Origin: Candidatus Poriferihabitaceae bacterium
GTDB taxonomy: Bacteria > Pseudomonadota > Gammaproteobacteria > Arenicellales > Poriferihabitantaceae
Length of the DNA: 64,000 nucleotides
Assembly: GCA_965214625.1 (NCBI GenBank)
Contig: OZ243962.1
Location: 578,739 to 642,738, forward strand
Direction of reading: 5' to 3'
This document shows positions 9,837 through 18,176 of the stretch, piece by piece (the first letter of the stretch is position 1; every line of letters starts with the position of its first letter). A model generated the notes under the pieces. That model was not told where the DNA came from and ran no database searches. It saw only the letters and a program-made list of their open reading frames with translations. Made by a program: the position numbers and the translations under genes.

Positions 9837-9977
9837 TTAGTGAATCGTTTCACCGATCACTTGAAACCGGCGAACCGCTTGTATCGCTCCAGAATAGCAG
9901 AAAATCCGCATTCGGAAAATCGGCAAACCGTCTGATCGTACCGAAACGGTGCCTTTCACCGTCTCCGGCCTGATCAA

Positions 9978-10571
9978 TTATTCAATTTTCCCGAATGAGA
10001 AATAAGTCCCGCCACTATACAACCCCCAATCCCGCTCCTTCTTCTCGGCAAGACGGTCCGCTCTGTCAGCCGCCTTCGCAGAACCCGCAGGCTGTAACAA
10101 TTCCGTCAATTCATAAAAGACCGGGCGGGTGATCTTGGCCTTCAAATTTTCCCGCACGACCACATAGGGAGAAGGTTCACCCGAGTCCGGGTCAAAAACC
10201 ACTTCAATTGGGTGTTGCGCATCTGCGAGCACCATGGTATCGACATTCGTTCGAAAATAAAGCTGCTGATTCATCCCGGCCCCCTGTTGTTTGAGTTCAA
10301 CGGCCACAAAGGGAGCATCTTCAACTTTGATGCGGTACTTGACCGATGGGGTAATCAGATAAAACTGCGCATCACAATCCAGTCGAAGCAGCGTTGAAAA
10401 CAAGTTCACCATTCGCTGTCTTTGAATTATCGACCCCCTGTAAAACCATTGCCCGTCTGCCGCAATACGGATGTCGAGCTCGCTCCTTGTTGAGGGTTGC
10501 CACCGATCGACAGGAGGCTGTTTGAGCGGTTTGATCTGCTCAAACACTTGGTCAAGAGTGGACACTTTCAA
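9978..10571 (-). CDS. DUF1285 family protein
   Basis: PPVDRWQP, IAADGQWFYRGS, LITPSVKYRIKVEDAPFVAV and PYVVVRENLKAKITRPVFYEL pattern. Confidence 0.85.
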   Translation of the reverse strand: MKVSTLDQVFEQIKPLKQPPVDRWQPSTRSELDIRIAADGQWFYRGSIIQRQRMVNLFSTLLRLDCDAQFYLITPSVKYRIKVEDAPFVAVELKQQGAGMNQQLYFRTNVDTMVLADAQHPIEVVFDPDSGEPSPYVVVRENLKAKITRPVFYELTELLQPAGSAKAADRADRLAEKKERDWGLYSGGTYFSFGKIE

Positions 10572-10591
10572 CCGTTGACCATAATCCTTAT

Positions 10592-11656
10592 TCAGATTAC
10601 ATGGGCCTGCGTACTCAATGCACTCCCCAGCAACTTGGCGGTCACATCAACCGCGCTGATGACCTCATCGTACTGCATTCGAGTTGGGCCAATGACGCCA
10701 AGTACGCCGACTCGGCGTCGATCTATTTCATACGGAGCCGCAATCACGCTGCAATCCTTGAACAGTCGATAACCCGATTCCTCGCCAATAAAAATCTTGA
10801 CCCCATCAGCAAACATGCTTTTTTGAAGCAGATCGAAAAGCACCTGTTTGGTTTTGAACGTGTCGAACAACTGTCGCAACGTATCGAGTTCAGAAAAGTC
10901 CGGAATCGACAGGAAGTTGTTTTCACCACTGACCAGAACACTGCCCGCTTTTTCATCCTCAGCCTGATCGAACAGCTGGCCCGCCATCCTAACGGCGGTT
11001 CGCATTTCCCGGTGCATGCTTTTGTGATCCTGATGCAGATGAGTGATCAAGTCCTCTCGCACACCATTGAGTGACTGGCCGGAGTATTTCGCATTGAAGT
11101 AGTTTGCCGCCTCGACCAATTCCGAATCGTTGTATTTTCGGCGCGTATTTAGCACCTTGTTCTGCACCTGTCCATCCTGGGTGATCAGGATCGCCAGTAC
11201 CCGGTTGCCAGAAAGATGAAGAAACTCGACTTGTCGGAGTTGAACATGACGCTTGCTTGGCAGTGAGACAACGCCTGCAAAGGAGGTTATTTGGGACAGC
11301 ATCTCTGTCGCATTGGCCAAAATGACATTCGAATCCGTTCCCCCGGCAAGCTGTTCAGCCATTTCCCCGAGAGATTTTTCGTCTATTGATCCAACTTGCA
11401 GTGTACTGTTGATGAAGACCCGGTAGCCTTTTTCAGTCGGAACCCTTCCGGCCGAGGTGTGGGGCGCATGGATCAGTCCCATCACCTCCAAATCCGCCAT
11501 CACGTTACGGATGGTGGCTGGACTCAACGACAAATCGGTTTCCTTGGAAAGTGTCCTTGAACCGACAGGGGTCCCTTCTTCGATATACCGACGAATTAAT
11601 TTTTTGAGGACGGATTGTGCCCGATCATTCAAGTCAAATTCACATTGGTCATGCAT
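10592..11656 (-). CDS. hrcA: Heat-inducible transcription repressor
   Basis: PVGSRTL, LSPATIRNVMADLE, PHTSAGRVPT and GVIGPTRMQY motifs. Confidence 0.97.
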   Translation of the reverse strand: MHDQCEFDLNDRAQSVLKKLIRRYIEEGTPVGSRTLSKETDLSLSPATIRNVMADLEVMGLIHAPHTSAGRVPTEKGYRVFINSTLQVGSIDEKSLGEMAEQLAGGTDSNVILANATEMLSQITSFAGVVSLPSKRHVQLRQVEFLHLSGNRVLAILITQDGQVQNKVLNTRRKYNDSELVEAANYFNAKYSGQSLNGVREDLITHLHQDHKSMHREMRTAVRMAGQLFDQAEDEKAGSVLVSGENNFLSIPDFSELDTLRQLFDTFKTKQVLFDLLQKSMFADGVKIFIGEESGYRLFKDCSVIAAPYEIDRRRVGVLGVIGPTRMQYDEVISAVDVTAKLLGSALSTQAHVI

Positions 11657-12171
11657 AGGCTGATGAAATCCAATCCGACGTAAAGCTCAAGTGTATACAG
11701 CTACACGCTATCAATCTATCGGTCCGCATGTCAAGGTGGATTTTTTTAATTTGTGTCGTAGGATGCGGGTTCGAATCATTGCGTGGTACCTGCTGCCGCC
11801 TTCGTGGCCATGTTTTCATCGCCTGATGGTCGACGAATAACAAGTGTAGCCCTCCGGGGCAGGCTGTTTCAAGACGCTGACACCAGACGTTCTCTTACGA
11901 ACTCAAGCCCAGTCGCGAAAATGTTCCATTCGATACGCTTCAACGAGCGAACTTTGTCCACCCCCATCAGTACCGGTCTAACCGACAGAAGAAACGGTTT
12001 TTGACCGTAACGGATCCATTGGCTGATGTGAGCCAATGACACTGGTTACCCTATCTATCAAATCCGATTTCATATATATTTTTTGTTTCCAATGAGACAC
12101 GATGCGGGTGCCTGAGAACGCTATGACAAAGGCACCGTAATTTAAGATAATCAACGCTTGGAGGTTTTTCG

Positions 12172-13017
12172 ATGCAAATCAAGAAAAAAGATTTACTGGT
12201 GGCCTGTGCAGCGACCACCCTGATGATTGGTCCCATCACGGCTAGTTATGCTCAATGTACCAATGATGTCTGGAACAAGGTCATGGACCGGGGGAAACTG
12301 ACCGTGGGTGTCAAGGCAGACTACAAACCGTGGGGTTACCGTGACGAAAGCGGCAATATCGTGGGCATGGAAGTGGATATGGCGCAACTTGTCGCTGATG
12401 CAATGGGGGTTGCGCTCGAAACGGTGGCAGTACAGTCCTCAAACCGCATGCAATTCCTGGAGCAGGGCAAGATCGACATGATGATTGCCACCATGTCGGA
12501 TCGCAAGGACCGACGCAAGATTGTCGGCATCACTCAGCCCAATTATTACACCTCCGGTACCAATGTGATGTCTCCCAAGGCACTGGGTCTGAAACAATGG
12601 GAGGAACTCAATGGCAAACCGGTATGCGGGAAGCAGGGCGCATTCTACAACAAGATCGTGAATGAGCGTTATGGTGCAGAAATCGTTGCATTTATTGGAA
12701 ATGCAGAAGCCAAACAGGCCCTTCGAGACAAGAAGTGCATCGCCTGGGTCTACGATGACTCTTCCATCATGTCTGATCTTTCTTCCGGCAACTGGAATGA
12801 TTTCGAGATGCCACTGAGCAGCGAAGACGACAACCCATGGGGGCTTGCGGTACCGCTGGCAGAGAAAGATTGTGTTTTTGGCAATTTCATGTCCGGCCTG
12901 ACTTATAACTGGCATCAGTCAGGCAAGTTGATCGAACTGGAGAAAAAGTGGGGGATTCAGGCTACTCAGTATCTGGTGGATCAAAACTCCCGACATGCGG
13001 ACTGGTTGCAGGAATAA
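12172..13017 (+). CDS. Polar amino acid ABC transporter substrate-binding protein
   Basis: Signal peptide; GKLTVGVKADYKPWGY and NRMQFLEQGKIDM (family 3 SBP); ggagg RBS. Confidence 0.88.
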   Translation: MQIKKKDLLVACAATTLMIGPITASYAQCTNDVWNKVMDRGKLTVGVKADYKPWGYRDESGNIVGMEVDMAQLVADAMGVALETVAVQSSNRMQFLEQGKIDMMIATMSDRKDRRKIVGITQPNYYTSGTNVMSPKALGLKQWEELNGKPVCGKQGAFYNKIVNERYGAEIVAFIGNAEAKQALRDKKCIAWVYDDSSIMSDLSSGNWNDFEMPLSSEDDNPWGLAVPLAEKDCVFGNFMSGLTYNWHQSGKLIELEKKWGIQATQYLVDQNSRHADWLQE

Positions 13018-13068
13018 TCCGGCGACTCCCTGATCAATACCCGGTCGCTCTTGGCGTGTCCGCCGCCA

Positions 13069-13100
13069 CCGGATGACGGCCAGCAAAAACCGTCATCCGG
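13069..13100. repeat. Perfect 11-bp stem-loop between the SBP and permease genes
   Basis: ccggatgacgg-N10-ccgtcatccgg. Confidence 0.75.
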
Positions 13101-13306
13101 GATGGGCTGTCCTTCCTTGTGATAGGCTTGCGGATGCCCTGAAACAGTCGTAGACCGACATGGGATGCATCCACACCCGGTCGGTCCGTGCGGTGTCTGC
13201 ACAGGGTACCTTGCCATTGAAACCATCGGGGAACGGACATCCCATTGATCGCTTCAAAAGACGGTTTGTTGGCCTGTTGTGCCTTTCAGACCCGAACTGA
13301 AATGTC

Positions 13307-14059
13307 ATGAATGCATTCCAGCAATTCTTCTTCGATTTGTCTGCGGACCATCCGCGCTGGAATTTCATTTTTTTCTATGACCCGGTGCAAACTGACCGGG
13401 TGTTGGACGGACTGTGGATGACCTGCAAACTGTCAGTAATCTGTGTCATTCTGTCCGTGGTCATTGGTCTAATCGGAGCCTGGTTCCAGGGTGCGAGATC
13501 CCGCTTGGTGCGGAATTTGGTGCAGGGATATATCCAGTTTTTTCGCAATACGCCACCGCTGATCCAACTGTTATTTTTCTACTTCGCCATGGGTCAGTTC
13601 ACGCCGACCTATTCGCCTGACGGGTGGCTTGAGATACCGATCATCTCCAATGTCGGTTGGGCCATCATATCGCTGTCGTTCTTTGCCGGGTCATTCAATG
13701 TGGAGATTTTTCGTGCCGGTATTGAAGCCATTCCCGAATCAACCCGGGAAGCCTCCGAATCCCTGGGTATGAGCCGTTTGCAAACCTTCATCTATGTCGT
13801 TTTTCCATTGGCATTTCGGGTCAGCTTACCCGCACTCAACAACAATCTGGTCAATCTGGTCAAGACCACGACCCAGGCGCTTGCCATCGCGGTACCTGAA
13901 CTGCTCTATCAGATGGTGAGTATTTACAATGACTATTCAACGGCGCAGTATGCCTGTATGGTCGTCCTGTTCATGGTGTATATCGTACTGGTAGGTCTCC
14001 TCGTGACGGCGATGAATACCTGGGAGCGGGTCGCCCGGATTCCCGGTTACGGCCAATGA
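13307..14059 (+). CDS. Polar amino acid ABC transporter permease
   Basis: FFRNTPPLIQL; EIFRAGIEAIP...EASESLGMS EAA loop. Confidence 0.9.
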   Translation: MNAFQQFFFDLSADHPRWNFIFFYDPVQTDRVLDGLWMTCKLSVICVILSVVIGLIGAWFQGARSRLVRNLVQGYIQFFRNTPPLIQLLFFYFAMGQFTPTYSPDGWLEIPIISNVGWAIISLSFFAGSFNVEIFRAGIEAIPESTREASESLGMSRLQTFIYVVFPLAFRVSLPALNNNLVNLVKTTTQALAIAVPELLYQMVSIYNDYSTAQYACMVVLFMVYIVLVGLLVTAMNTWERVARIPGYGQ

Positions 14060-14964
14060 GATTTTCTTTGAAACGGATACCCGGTGTGAATTCCGGCCAA
14101 GTTAGTGAAACCGATTTGCCGGTGCTCAAACCGTTTCGACTGACTCCCAAGGGTGGCATTTCGGATCTCGGATTCTGTCGTTGGCTTGAGGGTCTCGACC
14201 TCACCATTTTGGCGGTTGTCTTACTACTGTTGGTCGCTTGGCCTGTGGTTGCCTTGGCACAGGGAGGATATAGCTATACCGAAGCATTCGAGGCGCTGTG
14301 GCGCTGGCTCCCCTTCCTGGTCCGCGAAGGATTTACCCTCAACATCCTGATCAGTTTCTTCACGATGCTGATAGGCACTATTGCAGGCATTGTGCTCGGA
14401 CTGGGCCAGGTCTCACCGATACGGCTGCTTTCCGGGCTAAGCTGGTTCCTGACACAGTTGTTTCGCAATTCACCCTGGCTGGTATTGCTGTTCATTGTGA
14501 TGCTGGCCTTTCCCTTCGAGATTACATGGCGTGGGGAAATCTATCTGATCCCAGACTGGATGAAAGCGGTATTTGGTCTGGCGTTGCCAATCATGGCCAA
14601 TATTTCCGAAATTATCCGGGGAGGGATTCAGTCAGTATCAACAGGACAATGGGAAGCGTCTGAATCACTTGCCTTTAACCGTCATCAAACCCTCTGGCAG
14701 ATCATATTGCCCCAATGCTTCAAGCAAATGATTCCACCCTGGATGAACTGGTATGCCATTCTCACCATGGCGACACCCTTGGTTTCATTGCTTGGGGTAG
14801 AAGAACTGGTAACTCTGTCACGTCAGGCCATGGAATCCGAGGACAATCATCCCGAGTTGTTGTTGCCATTTTTCGGCTTCGCTCTGACGATATTTTTCCT
14901 CTATTGCTACCCCATTGCCAAATGGACGTTGTATCTGGAGCGTCAATTCGCTGTCAAACATTGA
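14056..14964 (+). CDS. Polar amino acid ABC transporter permease
   Basis: FRNSPWLVLL; EIIRGGIQSVSTGQWEASESL EAA loop. Confidence 0.9.
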   Translation: MRFSLKRIPGVNSGQVSETDLPVLKPFRLTPKGGISDLGFCRWLEGLDLTILAVVLLLLVAWPVVALAQGGYSYTEAFEALWRWLPFLVREGFTLNILISFFTMLIGTIAGIVLGLGQVSPIRLLSGLSWFLTQLFRNSPWLVLLFIVMLAFPFEITWRGEIYLIPDWMKAVFGLALPIMANISEIIRGGIQSVSTGQWEASESLAFNRHQTLWQIILPQCFKQMIPPWMNWYAILTMATPLVSLLGVEELVTLSRQAMESEDNHPELLLPFFGFALTIFFLYCYPIAKWTLYLERQFAVKH

Positions 14965-14984
14965 AAACCGGTATGTAATTCGAT

Positions 14985-15740
14985 ATGAGCATCACGAACT
15001 GGAGTCCGGACCAACCGATTGTGTCCCTGCGGGACGTGCACAAGTCGTTTGGTAAGCTTGAAGTCCTCAAAGGCGTTTCCCTGGATGTCATGAAAGGAGA
15101 AGTGATCTGCATCATTGGTCCTTCCGGTTCGGGCAAATCAACGCTGATTCGTTGTATCAATGCACTCAATCCAATCGATTCAGGGCATATCCTAGTCGGA
15201 GGGAGGGCCGTCCATGACCCGCAACTCAACAAACTTGAGTTGCGCAAGAAAGTGGGCATGGTATTTCAGCAATATAACCTGTTTCCCCACAAGACCGCAT
15301 TGCAAAATATCATGATGGCCCCTGTCAAGGTACTGAAACAGTCCAAGGAAACAGCGGAACAGCGCGCCCGAGAGCTAATGGACCGGGTCAACCTGCAGGG
15401 CAAGGAGGACAGCTATCCGGGCGAACTGTCAGGCGGACAGCAGCAACGGGTAGCCATAGCACGATCATTGGCAATGAATCCGGATGTGATGTTGTTTGAT
15501 GAGGTAACCGCTGCGTTGGACCCCGAAACAGTGAAAGAGGTCTTGGCGGTAATCAAGGACCTTGCACAAAGCGGAATGACCTGTATCCTGGTGACGCATG
15601 AAATGGGATTTGCCCGAGAAGTCGCAGACCATATCTATTTTACAGACAGGGGTGTGATCGTAGAGCATGCCCCTCCGGCCATCTTTTTTACCGAGGCCAA
15701 GGATCCAAGAACGAAAGAATTTCTCAGTCAGATTCTCTAG
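14985..15740 (+). CDS. Polar amino acid ABC transporter ATP-binding protein (GlnQ-like)
   Basis: Walker A GPSGSGKS, signature [13 protein letters not shown], Walker B MLFDE. Confidence 0.93.
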   Translation: MSITNWSPDQPIVSLRDVHKSFGKLEVLKGVSLDVMKGEVICIIGPSGSGKSTLIRCINALNPIDSGHILVGGRAVHDPQLNKLELRKKVGMVFQQYNLFPHKTALQNIMMAPVKVLKQSKETAEQRARELMDRVNLQGKEDSYPGELSGGQQQRVAIARSLAMNPDVMLFDEVTAALDPETVKEVLAVIKDLAQSGMTCILVTHEMGFAREVADHIYFTDRGVIVEHAPPAIFFTEAKDPRTKEFLSQIL

Positions 15741-16117
15741 TCCATCCAGGTCTTTCAGACGAACCTTTGATCGACCACGGATATGGCGCAGACACCAGCG
15801 ACGATGAGCTTTCCCCAAGTCCGAACCAGACCATCCGTCCCATCGCCCGTTACTTCCTCTCGCTCAGCCAGCCCTTTGCCAACTACCTTGGCGAGGACTG
15901 TCCCAACCATGGTGTCAATGTCCTTGAGCATTACCCGGGCATTATTTTCGGGTCAGCAGCGATCACCGCGCGACCGGCAAGGTATGTCGGGGTCAGGCAT
16001 ACCGGGACACCGGCCAAGGCGATCCCTTGTAAGTTCACACTAGTAGGCGTGGAGTTGCCATTATCGAAGTAATCGGGGCAACTTTCTGGGGTAATCATCC
16101 TGCGGATTGGGAACATT

Positions 16118-16377
16118 GAGCATATTTTCGTAGATGTCGTCGAAATGTTGCCTGTCTGTACGGTCGTCAAAATCGATATCGTTAATCATGTTGATTGTTT
16201 GGCGTAAAAAATGGTCAGACTTCATCTGATTGTGCATCTTCAAATACGCCCTCACAACTTGCCCGCGCTGGGCTTTGAGTTCTGTAGACGATAACTTTTT
16301 CAGGTCTGGGAAGAGCTTGTTGTTTGCAAATTTGAGCAAGGCATCACCAGTAATACCCTCCCCCTATCAACAGCCCA
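16118..16377 (-). pseudogene. hsdM: Fragment of a type I restriction-modification M subunit (HsdM N-terminal domain, EcoEI/type IB-like)
   Basis: WAVD, frameshift, EGITGDALLKFANNKLFPDLKKL...MKSDHFLRQTINMINDIDFDDRTDRQHFDDIYENML follows the remembered HsdM pattern GITGDELL.F.NN.LFP.LK...LLRQVIN.I..IDF....RH.F.DIYE..L. The fragment ends before the GEFYTP motif. Confidence 0.7.
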
Positions 16378-16521
16378 AGTGCACCACTGTCATTCCTCAC
16401 AAATGAGCGTATATTGTCAGTTTTTTATTCGTGTATTTTATTTTTTAATTATGGTGTGATAGGTGTTTGGCCCAAAAAATCCAAATGCCTTGACAACTCC
16501 CCAGTATCAAGGGTCAAACCA

Positions 16522-17076
16522 ATGGGCGGCTATTTGAATTATTTTGCCTACGGATCAAACATGTTGACAGAAAGACTGACCGTGGCTGATCGATGTCCAT
16601 CGGCAAAGGTGATCGGGACCGCTTTTGTGGAGGGCTATTCTCTGGATTTCTCGAAGAGAAGTCGTCTGGACAGCTCAGGGAAAGCAACCATCGTAGCAGC
16701 GCATGACCGATGCCAGTATGGTGTTGTATTCACGATCAAGGAATCTGATCGCAACAAATTGAACGAGGCCGAAGGACTGGGAAAGGGTTATGATCTCATA
16801 CCCCGACTCAGTGTCACGATGACGGATAATGGCCTGTCGAAATCCACTTTTACCTATTGTGCGCCAGAAGAACACAGGGATTCCGGTCAAATCCCTTTCG
16901 ACTGGTATTTGGCATATGTTGTCGCGGGTGCCATGCAGCATCAACTGCCTGAGGCAGTTATCTCATCTTATCAGAACACCCATTTCAAAGCGGACGGCAA
17001 TGGGAAAAGGAAAGCCGAAAATTTGGAAATACTCAAGAAAGCCGGTTTTCAAAGCATCGAACAGGTATTGGGTTGA
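16522..17076 (+). CDS. Gamma-glutamylcyclotransferase-like (AIG2/GGCT) protein
   Basis: YFAYGSNM signature, GKATIV, LNEAEG..GY and P.DWYLAYVVAGA motifs; start taken at ATG 16522. Confidence 0.8.
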   Translation: MGGYLNYFAYGSNMLTERLTVADRCPSAKVIGTAFVEGYSLDFSKRSRLDSSGKATIVAAHDRCQYGVVFTIKESDRNKLNEAEGLGKGYDLIPRLSVTMTDNGLSKSTFTYCAPEEHRDSGQIPFDWYLAYVVAGAMQHQLPEAVISSYQNTHFKADGNGKRKAENLEILKKAGFQSIEQVLG

Positions 17077-17255
17077 AAGTGTACGTCCGAACATGGCAGG
17101 CGGAATACGGGAGGGTTGATGCGACAAAATCCACCGCCCGGTATAAGCTACAGTGACTGCCTTCCGTTCAGGGCCCGCCTGTTCAAGCGAGGGATCGCAA
17201 CCCAGACGGGCGGGAATTTTCCCGGTGCCCTAACGATACGCCTCAATGGGGACAA

Positions 17256-17283
17256 GTGACTATTGTATAGAATTCTCTATAAT
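17256..17283 (+). promoter_or_regulatory. Candidate sigma70 promoter for nadK-recN
   Basis: gtgact-N16-tataat about 30 nt upstream of the nadK start, inside an imperfect inverted repeat. Confidence 0.4.
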
Positions 17284-17312
17284 AGACGGTCACCCTGGAA
17301 TCTGTAACACAC

Positions 17313-18176
17313 GTGAAAATTACACAAGTCGGTTTGTTCGGTAAATTCAACGACAGCAGTATCGCAGACGCGATCACTGAAGTACGTCGTATTCTCGAAC
17401 AGAATCACCTGAAAGTACTGCTCGGGAGCACTACATCGCTGGAGATACCCGGGGAGAGAATTGAGGAATATCAACAGCCTCTGTCCAGCCTGCTGGATAT
17501 GGCTGTTGTCGTCGGGGGAGATGGTACCATGCTCAATGCCGCACGCATGCTCGCCGAACACGAAGTGCCCGCTATCGGGGTCAATCTGGGGAGATTGGGG
17601 TTTTTGACCGATATCGTACTGAAGGATATGGCATCTGGCTTGAAAGCCATTCAGGATGGCAATTACCATCTTGAACCCAGAACCATGCTGCAAACCACGG
17701 TCCACCAGGGCAACAAAATCATGTTCAGCGAGGTTTCATTGAATGATACGGTGATTTCCAAAGGGAATACAGGGCGTCTGATCGAGTTCGAAATCCGAGT
17801 CAACGGTCGCTTTGTCAGCCACCCAAGGAGTGATGGCGTCATATTGGCCACACCGACAGGATCAACGGCTTATTCTCTCTCTGCCGGGGGGCCCATTATC
17901 TATCCCAATTTACCGGTACTCAGTCTGGCCCCTATCTGCCCGCACACGCTCAGTAACCGTCCGATCATATTGAGTGAAAATGCAACGATAGAAATTTCGA
18001 ACTTGAAAATTTCAGAAACACCGGCCAACCTTGCCCTCGATGGCTTGATCAGTACCCAGTTGGCCGGTAACGAAACCATCACCATTCGCAAAGCGAACAA
18101 AAAACTGAACATGATCCGGATAGATGATCATAACCATTTTGAAACACTGCATTCCAAACTCGGCTGGAATGGATGA
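17313..18176 (+). CDS. nadK: NAD kinase
   Basis: VVGGDGTML, GVNLGRLGFL, SLND and DGVILATPTGSTAYSLSAGGP motifs. Confidence 0.97.
   Translation: MKITQVGLFGKFNDSSIADAITEVRRILEQNHLKVLLGSTTSLEIPGERIEEYQQPLSSLLDMAVVVGGDGTMLNAARMLAEHEVPAIGVNLGRLGFLTDIVLKDMASGLKAIQDGNYHLEPRTMLQTTVHQGNKIMFSEVSLNDTVISKGNTGRLIEFEIRVNGRFVSHPRSDGVILATPTGSTAYSLSAGGPIIYPNLPVLSLAPICPHTLSNRPIILSENATIEISNLKISETPANLALDGLISTQLAGNETITIRKANKKLNMIRIDDHNHFETLHSKLGWNG

Noticed and set aside
11762-11790. gggttcgaatc T-loop-like motif
   Set aside because: The flanks cannot form acceptor, D or anticodon stems.
12105-12150. gggtgcc-tgagaa resembling the start of a TPP riboswitch
   Set aside because: The downstream ACCC/ACCUGAU and UAAUGC..GCG.AGGGA core elements are absent.
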